Shown piece by piece: positions 26,993 through 39,409 of a stretch of 64,000 nucleotides of DNA; positions within the stretch are counted from its first letter, which is position 1, and each line of letters begins with the position of its first letter. The DNA lies in NCBI RefSeq assembly GCF_963921235.1, contig NC_086097.1, positions 208,136,001-208,200,000 on the forward strand. The letters run 5' to 3'. The stretch is from Mobula hypostoma. Its lineage: Eukaryota. Under the pieces are notes generated by a model, which worked only from the letters and a program-made list of their open reading frames with translations, did no database searches and was not told the origin of the DNA. Both the position numbers and the translations under genes were made by a program.

Positions 26993-27074
26993 GTTTAGAG
27001 GAAGAACCTTTGATTTTCCTCATGCTATCTCACCAAACCTTCATCCATATTTCCTACAATACTATATGACTAGC

Positions 27075-27405
27075 ATTCAGAGAAGGAGAAGGTTTGGGGA
27101 GACTCACCAGGATATATCCTGGGACAAAAATTTTCAGCTCGGAGAAGAGACTGAATAGGCAGCATTTGTTTTCCATGGAAAATGGGGGCTGAGGGGGAAT
27201 CTGATAGAGGTGTACAAAACTAGAAGAGGGACAGAAAGGGCAGATAGTTGGAAATCTTTCTCCACAGCAGAAGTATCTAAAACTAGACAGCGCAGGATCA
27301 GGGGTAAGGTTGATTGCTGATAAATGGCATTTGAATAGTAGGTACTAAATGGCCGGCATGATTGTGGTGGGCTGAAGAGCCAATTTCTGCACTGCATGAC
27401 TCTAT
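27075..27405 (+). mobile_element. Degraded CR1 3' end
   Basis: LRGNLIEVYK remnant and CR1-like tail. Confidence 0.6.
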
Positions 27406-29696
27406 ACCTCTATGATACTACTAGCTGTAGCAATCTTTGTGAGAACCTGGGGCAAGCCTGACCTTCTTTCTTCCCTGCCTCGTTTTCCCTTGCTTTGCAG
27501 AGAGAAATTAGATCTTATATACTGTATCTCGGCAACATTACCAAACTGCTCTGAAATACATGCAAAAGGAAGCAGGATAAAACTTGCCTGAAAACAATAT
27601 GGATATTTAAACTGAATAAGTATACAAAATGAACCAGCCCTAACATTAATTAATGAACAGAAAATCTTTGATGCGATGCATTCCTGAATACACTGTGGAA
27701 AATTCCCTCTGGCTACGTTTCTGCACAGTTTTAGGAAAATATAATGCACAGTTGAATTATTTAATGACTTCTAAGTAATTCTCATTGGATCAGGACAATA
27801 ACTGAAGGGGTACAAAAGTTAATAATGCAAGCTAAATATTCACTTTTCCTGCGTTGCTTCAAAACTGCCCATGGTTGAAGAATAAAAATCAGTTCCGCAG
27901 CAGCAGAACGCACTGAATATGCAACAACACATTATGCAGATTTCGAAGTAACCTGGCAAAACTTACAGCTTGCAGCTCACATAGGTTCCACTGACTTTGC
28001 AAATGATTGATATGGTTATATTTTCTTTCCCATATTATTGAAATTGTAAGCAATTTAGAAAGGGGAATGGACATCCTTATTGCCATTCAGTAAATGTAAT
28101 GTTATTTTCCCATAGGCGTGAGAAAGATATATCAGCAAGAGGAGCTTTGTAAGTGGTTGAGTGTCAAGAGGTGTTATTTAAAAATTGTCTAATCTTATTG
28201 CAAAATTACAAAAAAAATATATCATAATAGTCTTTATACCATGGGATGGAACAGAAAAGTTAAAAACTTATATAGTAGTTTTATGGAACCTTGGATGAAA
28301 TCAATTGAAGAACTGTATGCAGATTTGGAAACCAAACCTCAGAAATGATACACTAGGTTTAGATGTGGCACAAGGGAAAATCACAAGGATGACATTTGTA
28401 GTCTCTTGAGGCACAGAAATTGAAAGATCATATATCCATTTAAATTGATAAAATCATCAGATAGATACACTGGTCCCTTTGGTGGAAGAGATTGAGATGG
28501 TCTTAAAGCTAGAGCTACAACATTAGATGTGGAGAGGACCGGTTGACCCTGCAAAAATATGCAAGGTAAATAGATCAGAGAGTGGCAGCTGAATGCTCCA
28601 GGTTCCAGCCTTCTACTGGAGGAGAGAGTAATGTGCCTGACAAGGAAAATTCAATAGAATGTACTTTGATAAATTATTCAGCAACTTAAAAACAAACAAT
28701 GAGATAACATGCTGGAGCTGGAGAGGGAGTCAGAGGAACTAGGCACTAGCCTGCATGAAAATAGCAATGAATCTAATGCTTACTCAGAACAGTTATTTGA
28801 AATTGATTGAAGCTTAATACAGTATGATGACTCATTTATGTTTCTGAGAGAAATTGTGAAATAAGTCAGGAAATAAATGCAAAGGAACTAAAGGCAAAAT
28901 GCTGCCACCCACTGATTAACCATCTGTACAAATCATTGTGCCACACAAGCCTGTGTGGTTCACCCCTTCAAACAATGTATTTTGACACCACACTGATTTA
29001 CATGTGCGTTTTTCCTTGAATTAACTCATATTTGTGGAACAGTAACCTGTCATATCTGAACAGATGAAGTTTGTGCAAATTATCACAGTTGGTAGGATTA
29101 CGCGCTCTGTACGGAAGCAGTTGTGTATTTTATCCCACTTTAGAAATCCAGCTTTACTGAAGTCAATGGAACTGAATTTCAGAAATGAAGGGGAACATGC
29201 TGACATTACCTCAGAATACTAATGAATATTCTCTGCTGTGACATCAATGCAAGCACGTCCTTCTTTATATAAGGTACTGAAACTATAGGTGCAGTCTAAG
29301 CAATGTTCTGTAGTGTTGCAACAAAACCTCTATGCTTTGTACTCCACATTCACTGCAATTAAAACACTTCTGCAGCTGTAGATAAGGGTAAATATGGACC
29401 TTGCATTAGAGTATTAAACTGGAGCAGGGCAAATTACGAGAGCATAAAGCAGGAACTAGGGAGAGCTGTTTGTGGGGAAGTCCACCTCTGAATGTGCAGG
29501 GTGTATAAAGACCAACTGCACAGTGTGCAGGACAGGTGTGTTCCGGTATGAAGTAAGGACAAGAATGGCAAGGTAAGGAAACCTTAGATGTTGAGAGAGA
29601 TAGTGAATTTAATCAGGGAATGTGTGCAAGCTTAGGGACTGAAGATCAAATAGAGCCCTGGAGAGTTTTAAAGAAGCCAGTAAAGAACTCGAGAAG

Positions 29697-29951
29697 GGGG
29701 CAGCAGGGGTAATGTAATGGTTAGCATAGTGCTATTACAGCACCAGCGACTTGGATTCAATTCTGGCAGCTGTCTGTGAAGATTTTGTATGTTCTCCCCA
29801 AGACTGTGTGGGTTTCCTCCAGGTGCTCCAGTTTTCTCCTGCATTTCAAATACGTACAGGTTGGTAGATTAATTAGGCAGTGCAGGCTCATTTGGCCAAA
29901 AGGGCCTGCTATCATGCTGTATCCCTAAGTTAAAAGAATAAATAAATAAAA
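29697..29951 (+). mobile_element. tRNA-derived V-type SINE (HE1-like)
   Basis: A-box-like TGTAATGGTTAG and B-box-like GGATTCAATTC. V-domain-like GTGGGTTTCCTCCAGGTGCTCCAG. CR1-like 3' part and (AATA)n tail. Confidence 0.8.
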
Positions 29952-30374
29952 AGGAATTAGGAGAGCCAGGAGGGGCATGAAAAGTCCTTGGCAAGTAGGA
30001 TAAAAGAGAATCGTGTGATATTCTATACACATACCAAGAGGAAAATTAGGCAGTGGAAAGGACCACTCAAGGAGAAAGAAGGGAACATGCTTGGAGGATG
30101 AGGATGAAGATAAGGTATTAAGTGAGTACTTTGCATCAGTATTTACCAAGGAGAAAGATGTGGAGGACAAGGAGATTAGTGTGGACCATGCTAATATGTA
30201 GGGGGTTTTCAAAATAAGGCAGAAGGTAATTGCCCCTTAAAGAACATTAAGGTAGATAAATTCCTAGGATGTGATAAGATATACCCCAGGTTGCTGGGGC
30301 CTTAGCCAATACCCTTGTGTCCTCTCTCGGCACAGGCGTGGTCCAGGAGGAATGGCTAGTGTAAAGTACAAAAA

Positions 30375-30565
30375 ACTACAAAGTAAATTTATTATCAGAG
30401 TATACATCAGATATATGTCACCATATACAACCCTGAGTTTCATTTTCTTGCAAGTATACACGGTAAATCCAAGAAGCACAGTAGAATCAATGAAAGACCA
30501 TACCCAACAGGACAAACAACCACTGTGCAAAATACAACAAATTGTGTAAATACCAAAGGAAAAAA
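30375..30565 (-). mobile_element. Rex1-type 3' UTR stub
   Basis: Similar to the Rex1 tail at 46757-46950. Confidence 0.55.
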
Positions 30566-30819
30566 AGACTTAGAGGCTTAGAATCCATGGTTAATTGACC
30601 ATTGGATTCTGAATTGGTTTGCACATAGAAGACATTAGGTATAGAAGATGTGCAGGGAGATATTGAGATCCAAGTATAGAGCTCCCTGAAAGAGGTTGGT
30701 AGGTGGTAAAAAAAAGGCCAATGGCATGTTTGTCTCTATTAGCTGAGGAACTGGGTTCAAGAGTCAGGAAGTTATGTTGCATCTTTATAAGCCACATGTG
30801 GAAAATTGGCAGATGTTAG

Positions 30820-31615
30820 AAATCAAAGTGCTGGAGAAACTCAGCAGGCCAGGCAGCATCCATGGAAAAGAGCAAACAGAGTAAAAATCGATGAGGAATC
30901 AAAGTAAGAAAGTTTGGGGAAGAATAGAAGAAGTACAAAGTCATAAATGGTAGGTGAATCTGGCAGGGGGAGTGAAGTAAAAAGCTGGGAAGTCAATTGG
31001 TGAAAGAGATAAAGGCCTCAAGAAAGTGGAATCCAATAGGAGAGGACATAAAGCCATGGAAGAAATGGAAGAGAAAATCAGCAGTTGCTGGAAATCCAGG
31101 CAACACACACAAAATGCCAGAGGAACTCAGCAGGCCGGTCAGTATATATGGAAAAAAGTACAATCAGCGTTTTGGGCCGAGACCCTTTGGCAGGACTGGA
31201 GATAAAAAGGATGAGGAGTAGATTTAAAATGTGGTGGCAGAGAGAGAGGAACACAAGAAATAGGTGAAATTGGGAGGGGGAGGGATGAAGTAAAGAGCTG
31301 GGAAATTGATTTGTGAAAGAGATACAAGGCTGGAGAAGGGAGAGTCTGATAGGTGAGAACAGAAGGCCACGGAAGAAAGAAAAGAGAGAGAGGAGCTCCA
31401 GAGGGAGATGATGGGGCGGACAAGAAGATAAGGTGAGAGAGGGAAAAACAGATGGGGAATGGTGAAGTAGGGAGGGGGGCATTACCAGAAGTTTGAGAAA
31501 TCGATGTTCATGCCATCAGGTTGGAGGCTACCCAGATGGAATATAAGGTGTTGTTCGTCCAACCTGAGTGTGGCCTGTTTGCCACAGTAGAGAAGGCCAT
31601 GGATTGATATATCGG
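30820..31615 (-). mobile_element. Two tandem Penelope 3' fragments
   Basis: Terminal arms start at ~30820 and ~31080. Reverse EQHLIFHLGSLQPDGMN at ~31505-31560. Decayed hammerhead at ~31160-31200. Confidence 0.8.
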
Positions 31616-31756
31616 TAGCAGCGTTGGAAATTTTTTTATTTTCTCAGTGACAGACATTAGTCTAATTACCTTTCTGTCTTTCTTCTTTCTTGGGTAGCTG
31701 TGTTACATTTGAGGTTTTCCCATCTTCTGAGTTCCTTCTGAAATCCAGGGAATTTT

Positions 31757-32566
31757 AGACCATAAGGCCTAGCAGCGGAAATAGGCTATTCAAAAGTTTT
31801 ATTTGCTATTCCATCAAGGTTGATTTATTATCCTTCTCTATCTCATTCCGCTGCCTTCTCCCCGTAACCTTTGATGCCCTGACTAACCAAGAAACTATCA
31901 ACTTCCACTTTAAATATACTCAATGACTTGGCCTCCACAGCCATCTGTAGCAATGAATTCCACAGCTTCACCACTCTATGGCTAACAAAATTCCTCCTCA
32001 CCTCTGTCCTAAATGATGTCCCTCTGTTTGGAAGCTGTGCCCTTTGGTCCTAGACTCAGGCACTATAGGAAGCATCTTTGCCACATCCAGTCTGTTGGGA
32101 CCTTCAATATTCGATAGGTTTCAATGAGATTTGTCCTTCTTCTTCTGAACTCCAGCCAGCGCAGGCCCAGGACCATCAAACACTCCTCATATATTAACCC
32201 TTTCATCCCCAGAATCATTGTTGTGAACCTCCTCTGGACCCTCTCCAATGGCAGCACATCTTTTTTCTCAGTTAAGGGACCCAAAACTGATCACAATAGT
32301 CCAAGTACAGTGAACCAATGCCTTGTAAAGCCTCAGCATTACAACCTTGCTTTTATACTGTAGTCATCTCGAAATGAATGCCAATTTGCGTTCCTTACCA
32401 CCTACTCAACCTAAAAGTTAATCTTTTGGGAATCCTGCACAATGACTCCCAAGTTCATTGGTGCATTTGACTTTTGAAGATTCTCCCTGTCCGGAAAATA
32501 GTGTATGCCTGGATTCCTTTTAACAAAGTGCATGACCATATATACCCCAACACTATATTCCAAATC
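31757..32566 (-). mobile_element. CR1 3' fragment
   Basis: KDVLPLERVQRRFT...NLIETYRILK plus reverse tail. Confidence 0.85.
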
Positions 32567-33430
32567 TGTTAACACGCACCCAAATGCGCCAGCTTCTGGG
32601 GTTTAGACACTCTAACTCTACGGGATAGCTGGCATGGCCCCTTTAGAGATTTAGGCTGCCCCACTACTTGGTGGCCATGTTTTGGCTCTGGGATTTAATA
32701 TTTAAAGAGTTCCTGAACTGAGTTTTGGTGCTCGGTCATCAGCTCAGTTTTGGATTCTTATCTAGCGTCTACTTTAGAACCATATCTTCATTTCAGTCTC
32801 ATATCATGCCTCAGTTCCAGTCTTGGATACTCCTGTGCTTGGGTCCTAACCATCCTCGCCTAGGTCTCTTGTCACTGTATGTTTGAGCCAACATGCACCC
32901 AGTGGGAACTGATGAGAGGTGAATGCTTTAGTGGTAATTTCCTGGACTTGGGGATTACCTTTCTGCTCAACATATCACTGCAGGAATTGAACCAGCCCAT
33001 GCCTGTAACTGTCCTGGACAGCTGTCTGTTGGTCCTGGGAAGATCCAGCAGCAGGCATTGGTCTTATAGATGAGGAAGAGGATCATGCAGAGGATATTAG
33101 TTTCTGTATCATTGAGTCTCCTCACATACCCCAATCCTTGGACACCCTTTGCTGTCCCAGCATAACCATTCTGTGAACTGGAATGAAGAGCAGATCATTC
33201 CATGGTGCAATCGCTGCAAAAAGATTGTTTTCGGCTTGGTATTCCAACCCCCAGACTTTCCCGAGACCAGTGGCCGACAAGGGGGCAGACTTCTGTTTCG
33301 GGATAATCTGGAGCTCTGGCAGCTAACCAGGAAAGGTCCCCTTTATTCTACACTTCTTGAAAGCATTGAATGCACCATTTCTGCATTCACTTACTTTAAG
33401 CCGCCTAGACTCAGGCCATCAGGTCCCAGA
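32567..33430 (+). mobile_element. Possible decayed Ty3/Gypsy LTR with gag start
   Basis: Starts TGTTAAC. The junction ...GCTTGGGTCC...TTGTCAC...GAGCCAACATGCACCCAG resembles the LTR end and MDP-type gag start of fish Gypsy elements (recall). Heavily decayed. Confidence 0.4.
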
Positions 33431-34493
33431 TACCTAGAATCAGAATCAGCTTTAATATCACTGGCATATGTCATGAAATTTGTTGCTTTGCAGCAACAGT
33501 ACATTACTATAGATTACTTAAAAAACTATAAATTACAATAAGAAAGAAAATTAAAATAATTAAGTAGCACAATAAGACAGGAAAAAATCCTGAGGGAGTG
33601 TTCATAGGTTCATTGCCCATTCAGAAATCTGATGGGGGAGAGGAAGAAGCTGTTTTGAAATGTTGAGTGTGTGTTTTCGGGTTCCTGTACCTCTTGAATT
33701 GCCTCACTGATGGTTGCAATGAGAAGGGTGCATGTTCTGGGTGATGGAGGTGCTTAACGATAGATACCACGTTTTTGAGGCATTGCTTTTTAAAGGCCTC
33801 ATTTTTGCTGGGGAAGCTGATGCCCATGATAGAGCTGGCAGAGTTAACAACTTTCTTCAGCTTTTCCAATCCTGTGCAGTAGCTCCTCCATTCCAAACAG
33901 TGATGCAACCAGATAGAGTGTTCTTCACAGTATATCTGGAGAAATTTGCAAGCCTTTGGTGACATACTAGGTCTCCTCAAAAGTCCTAATGAAATATAGC
34001 CATTCTTAGGCCTTCTTTGTAATTGCATCAATATGTTGGACCAGGATAGATCCTCAGAGATGTTGGCATCCAGGAGCTTGAAACTGCTCTCCCTTTCCAC
34101 TTCTGATGCTTTGATGAGGACTGGTGTGTCTTCCCTCAACTCCCTAAAGTTCTCAATCAACTCTTTGGTCTTACTGGAGTTGAGTGCAAGGTTGTTGCTG
34201 TGACACCACTCAACCAGCTGATCTATCTCACTCCTGTACGCCTCCTCATCACCATCTGAAATTCTACCAACAGTAGTTGTGTCATCGGCAAATTTATGGA
34301 TTGCTTTTGAGCTATTCCTAGCCACACAATTGTGTGGGTAAGGAGAGTACAGCAGTGGGCTAAGCATGCATCCTTGAGGTGCACTGGCGCTGACTGTCAG
34401 TGACAAAGAGATGTTGCCTCCAAGCTGCACAGTCTGTGAGAGAGTCAAGGGGCCAGTTGCAGAGGGGGCTACAGAGGCCCAGGTTTTAGAGCT

Positions 34494-34721
34494 ACACACA
34501 TCAAAGTCGCTGGTGAACGCAGCAGGCCAAGCAGCATCTCTAGGAAGAGGTACAGTCAACGTTTCAGGCCGAGACCCTTCAGTTAGTCCTGACGAAGGGT
34601 CTCGGCCCGAAACGTCGACTGTACCTCTTCCTAGAGATGCTGCCTGGCCTGCAGCGTTCACCAGCAACTTTGATATGTGTTGCTTGAATTTCCAGCATCT
34701 GCAGAATTCCTTGTGTTTGAT
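34494..34721. mobile_element. Mini-Penelope hairpin
   Basis: Inverted arms around ~34585 with the tail on the right. 11-bp TSD GTTTTAGAGCT (34483-93 / 34722-32). Confidence 0.9.
34584..34621 (+). ncRNA. Minimal type I hammerhead ribozyme motif with intact core
   Basis: TAGTC-CTGACGA-AGGGTCTCGGCCC-GAAA-CGTC-GACTG. Stem I is TAGTC/GACTG, the cleavage triplet is GUC, and a palindromic ACGT replaces stem III. Confidence 0.8.
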
Positions 34722-35853
34722 GTTTTAGAGCTTGTTGATTAAAACTGAGGGTATGATTATGTTGAACACTGAGCTGTAGTCACAAAGAGCAGCCTGATGT
34801 AGGTGGTGCTATTGCCCAGGTGAACCGAGGCTGAGTGGAGAGTCAGTGAGACTGCATCTACTATATATCTACAGTAGCAACAGGCAAATTGCAGTAGATC
34901 CACATCCTTGCTTAGGCAGGAGTTGATCCTAGCCATGAGCCAAAGCACTTTATCATAGTACATGTGAGTGCCGTTGGGCAATCGTCGTTGTGAGAGCTCA
35001 CACTGCTCTCCGTGGTCACTGCTATGATTCTTGCCCTTTTGAAGCAAGTGGGAGCCTCCAACTGCAGCAGTGACAGACTGAAGATGTCCCTGAACACTCC
35101 TGCCAGTTGGCTGGCGCAAATTTTCAGAGCTCTACCACGTATACCATCAGGCTACATACCTTGCAAGGGCTCACTGTCTTGAAAGATGTTCTGACGCCAA
35201 GGTCACAGGGTCACCAGATGCTGCAGGGATTCGCACAGATGTAGTTTTATTCTCCCTTTCAAAGCATGTATAAAAGGCATTGAGCTCATCTGGGAGTGCA
35301 GCATCACATCTATTCGTGATGTTCGGTTACACTTTGTAGGAAGAAATGGCCTACAAACCCTGCCAGAGCTGACATGCATCCAATTCTGTTTCTAACCTAA
35401 ATCAGAATTGTTTTTTCACCCTTAAAGTAACCTTCCAGAGGACATACCTGGACTCTTATATAGTTCTGGATTACCAGTCTTGAATGCCACAGATCTATCC
35501 CTCAGCATACTACGAACCTCCTGGTTCAATTATTGCTTTTAGTTTGGGTTCTCAAAGGCACACACTCATCCACATAGGTCTTAATAAAGTTTGTATTTGT
35601 TGTAGCATGGATGAAATCACCAGAGAGACAGTCACTGGTAGATACAAAGCAGCTTCTTTATTTGACACAACAAGGTACAGCAGGCATCATACGGACGGAG
35701 ATGCTTTCGGTAGAAAGGTCCGTTAGCCCAATGTGGGTTCGATATTTATATGCTATACACAAAGGCAATCACCACTTAAAAAGTTATAGACAATGCATAG
35801 ACAATGTATCCTTTTGGAGCTACATACAAAACATCATATCTCCTAACTTCATT

Positions 35854-37528
35854 GAAAACATAGAAAATAGGTGCAGGAGTAGGCCATTCTGCCCTTTGAG
35901 TCTGCACCGCCATTTATTATGATCATGGCTGATCATCCAACTCAGAACCCAGCCTTCCCTCCAAACCCTCTGATCCCCCTAGCCACAAGGGCCATATCTA
36001 ACTCCCTCTTAAATATAGCCAATGAACTGGCCTCAACTGTTTCCTGTGGCAGAGAATTCCACAGATTCACCACTCTCTGTGTGAAGAAGTTTTTCCTAAT
36101 CTCAGTCCTAAAAGGCTTCGCCTTTATCCTCAAACCGTGACCCCTCGTTCTGGACTTCCCCAACATCAGGAACAATCTTCCTGCATCTAGCCTGTCCAAT
36201 CCCTTTAGGATTTTATACGTTTCAATCAGATCCCCCCTCAATCTTCTAAATTCCAACGAGTACAAGCCTAGTTCATCCAGTCTTTCTTCATATGAAAGTC
36301 CTGCCATCCCAGGAATCAATCTGGTGAACCTTCTTTGTACTCCCTCTATGGCAAGGATGTCTTTCCTCAGATTAGGGGACCAAAACTGCACACAATACTC
36401 CAGGTTGTGGTCTCACCAAGGCCTTGTACAACTGCAGTAGTACCTCCCTGCTCCCGTACTCGAATCCTCTTGCTATAAATGCCAGCATACCATTCACCTT
36501 TTTCACCGCCTGCTGTACCTGCATGCCCACTTTCAATGACTGGTGTATAATGACACCCAGGTCTCGTTGCACCTCCCCTTTTCCTAATCGGCCACCATTC
36601 AGATAATAATCTGTTTTCCTATCTTTGCCACCAAAGTGGATAATTTCACATTTATCCACATTAAATTGCATCTGCCATGAACTTGCCCACTCACCCAACC
36701 TATCCAAGTCACCCTGCATCCTCTTAGCATCCTCCTCACAGCTAACACTGCCGCCCAGCTTCGTGTCATCCGCAAACTTGGAGATGCTGCATTTAATTCC
36801 CTCATCCAAGTCATTAATGTACCCCACTAGTCACTGCCTGCCATTCTGAAAAGGTCCCGTTTATTCCCACTCTTTGCTTCCTGTCTGCTAACCAATTCTC
36901 TATCCACATCAATACCTTACCCCTAATACCGTGTGCTTTAAGTTTGCACATTAATCTCCTGTGTGGGACCTTGTCAAAAGCCTTTTGAAAATCCAAATAT
37001 ACCACATCCACTGGTTCTCCCCTATCCACTCTACTAGTTACATCCTCAAAAAATTCTATGAGATTCGTCAGACATGATTTTCCTTTCACAAATCCATGCT
37101 GACTTTTGTCTGATGATTTCACCACTTTCCAAATGTGCTGTTATCACATCTTTGATAACTGACTCCAGCAGTTTCCTCACCACCGACGTTAGGCTAACCG
37201 GTCTATAATTCCCCGGTTTCTCTCTCCCTCCTTTTTTAAAAAGTGGGATTACATTAGCCACCCTCCAAACCTCAGGAACTAGTCCAGAATCTAACGAGTT
37301 TTGAAAAATTATCACTAATGCATCCACTATTTCTTGGACTACTTCCTTAAGCACTCTGGGATGCAGACCATCTGGCCCTGGGGATTTATCTGCCTTTAAT
37401 CCCTTCAATTTATCTAATACCACTTCCCTACTAACATGTATTTCGCTCAGTTCCTCCATCTCACTGGACCTTCTGTCCCCTACTATCTCTGGAAGATTAT
37501 TTATGTCCTCCTTAGTGAAGACAGAACC
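35854..37528 (-). mobile_element. CR1 LINE 3' portion, relatively young
   Basis: KSPGPDGLHPRVLKE, NYRPVSLTS, LDFQKAFDKVPH, KFADDTKL. An internal deletion at ~36820 removes PQGSVLGP. Tail at 35854. Confidence 0.95.
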
Positions 37529-38813
37529 ATCCTTTCCTTCCGACGCCAACATGTCTGAGTTGGTATCCACAGCCTTTAGGAATGCAGTTAAATCCACAAT
37601 ACATCTATTTAGCATTTTACATGCTAACATAGAAGACAACTAATATTTATAATGTATAGATAATGCTATCTTTGAAACTACAGCATCTGGTCAAACTATG
37701 GTGCCAGAAGTATCTGGTATTCACACCTTTTAGGAAGCGTATTGTTGTGGACTCAATCCACAGTACTTTGTCAAATAGTCAAATAGAAGTCTGGTGGCCA
37801 AAGTCATTTAAGTGTAAACAAATCATCTACCCAAGAAAACTCACTCTAACAGCATTCATTCAGACTCGACTATGAATTCCTGAATATTATCCAGTCCACC
37901 GCCACAAAGCAGTCCTGTAAGTGCTTGACTTCTACTTTATTTCTCATGATAGTTTTAAGATACATGTAGCTCTTTGAGAATTGTTGAGATGCTTTTACTG
38001 CTTACTACTGTGCAGACAGATAATAATTATCTGCTATTTCCATATTTCACATTACTTATTCTCCAGTATCTCCCTTTAAATAGATCAACAATGGCTTTAT
38101 CTGTACTTTCTTGTCATGTAGAAACTCCTCCTGTCGGTTGTAATATCAATGGTTAGTTTATTGTCATACTTTATCTGCTTCCTTTTTATAATTTTTTAGT
38201 CATTGTTCACTGCTTTCCAAAAATTTTGGCTACTCTTCACAAGATTATATGCCTTTTCCTTCAATTTGATGCTATCATCGACTTCTTTAATTAAACACGG
38301 ATGGTGCATTAGTCTCAAGGTGCCTTTCTTTCTCACTGGAATATACCGCTGCTGAGATTTATGTAATGTCTCCTTAAATATTTTGCACTTTTTGTCCTTT
38401 AGGACGGATTCCCAGACCAAGGAAACCAACTCTGACCGTGTACCAGTCTAATTACCTTTATTAAATATTTAGAACACTAGTTTCAGACCCAACTACCATA
38501 TTCGCAAACTGCATGTGAAATTCTGTCATCCCCTTTCCTAGTGATGTACTGCCGTAACACACAACACTACATCTAAAGTGGCTTGCAATTTAGTTGGCTC
38601 CTGAACTTATTGGTCTAATAAAACATATCAAATACACTATGAGTCTGTATCTAAGGCCATCCTTGCTCAATCTATATGATCATACTGACCATGATTATTG
38701 CAGTACTTTTCTTACAAGACCCCATTATGTCTTGATATATTCACTCTCCTACAGTATACAGTTGATATTATTAGGAGGACATAGGCTACACCCACCAGCA
38801 TCTTCTTAGCTTT

Positions 38814-38943
38814 GCGACACACACAAATGCTGGAGGAACTCAGTAGGCCAGGCAGCATCTATGGAGAGTATAGTCAACATTTCGAGCCATGACCCTTCAG
38901 CAGGCTTGGATTTCCAGCATCTGCAGATTTTCTCCGGTTTGTT
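38814..38943. mobile_element. Penelope terminal stub (one arm plus tail)
   Basis: Arm and tail match the other Penelope ends. Near-TSD TCTTCTTAGCTTT / TCTTCTTATCTTT (38801-13 / 38944-56). Confidence 0.75.
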
Positions 38944-39409
38944 TCTTCTTATCTTTACTATTTCTGATCTCCACCAAGTGATTCTACATCCTGAGCTTCT
39001 GAGCCAATAACACCCCTCGTCACCCGTGATCTCATCGTCCAGTTCCAGAGTTGCCTTATCACTTTTTTCCTTCTGTCTTTTGGAAATGTCCCCAAATATT
39101 CAGTTCCCAACTTGACTGAACCTCCAATCTGACTTTACAAAGTCAGTCAGATCATACCCATGTGTATATATTTGTACTGTCAACTTATTTATCTTGTTAC
39201 AAATGCTACATGCACTCAAACCTTACTTTTTCTATTTTTTTTAACTCAAATTCTTTTTGTTGGTGTTCTGTTAAGTTTATACAGCCCATTCCTTCCCAAT
39301 ATATTCTGACTATTGTTACTCCCAATACTGCACTGAACTATTGCTATTTTCTATCTCTTTGCCTTTTATCTGAATTCTATCTTTTCTTTCCGGATTGGCT
39401 TCTGATTTT

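Larger units (their letters stand above)
29375..30800 (+). mobile_element. Degraded CR1 ORF2 fragment with nested SINE and Rex1 tail
   Basis: LNWSRANY, IRRARRGHEKSLASR and EYFASVFTKEKD remnants. Confidence 0.7.
33436..35575 (-). mobile_element. Rex1/Babar LINE interrupted by mini-Penelope hairpin
   Basis: APQGCMLSPLLYS, KFADDTT and LALNSSKTKEL motifs. GAATCAGAATCAG tail at 33436. Confidence 0.9.

Noticed and set aside
27402..29220. Several AG/GT-bounded candidate exons (also at 1-275, 25620-25790 and 37660-37920)
   Set aside because: They give no recognisable peptides, most frames contain stops, and there is no consistent strand or phase chain.
33621..34667. 348-aa ORF suggesting a novel RT fusion protein
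   Set aside because: It is chance read-through from the hairpin insertion into a decayed Rex1 RT that changes frame part-way.
34483..34732. GTTTTAGAGCT(A) occurring twice, like the start of a type II CRISPR repeat
   Set aside because: There are only two 11-bp copies, they are the TSD of the hairpin insertion, and the context is eukaryotic with no array or cas genes.
35598..37629. Possible LTR split by the CR1 at 35854-37528
   Set aside because: TG/CA-like ends exist but I could not find a matching TSD.
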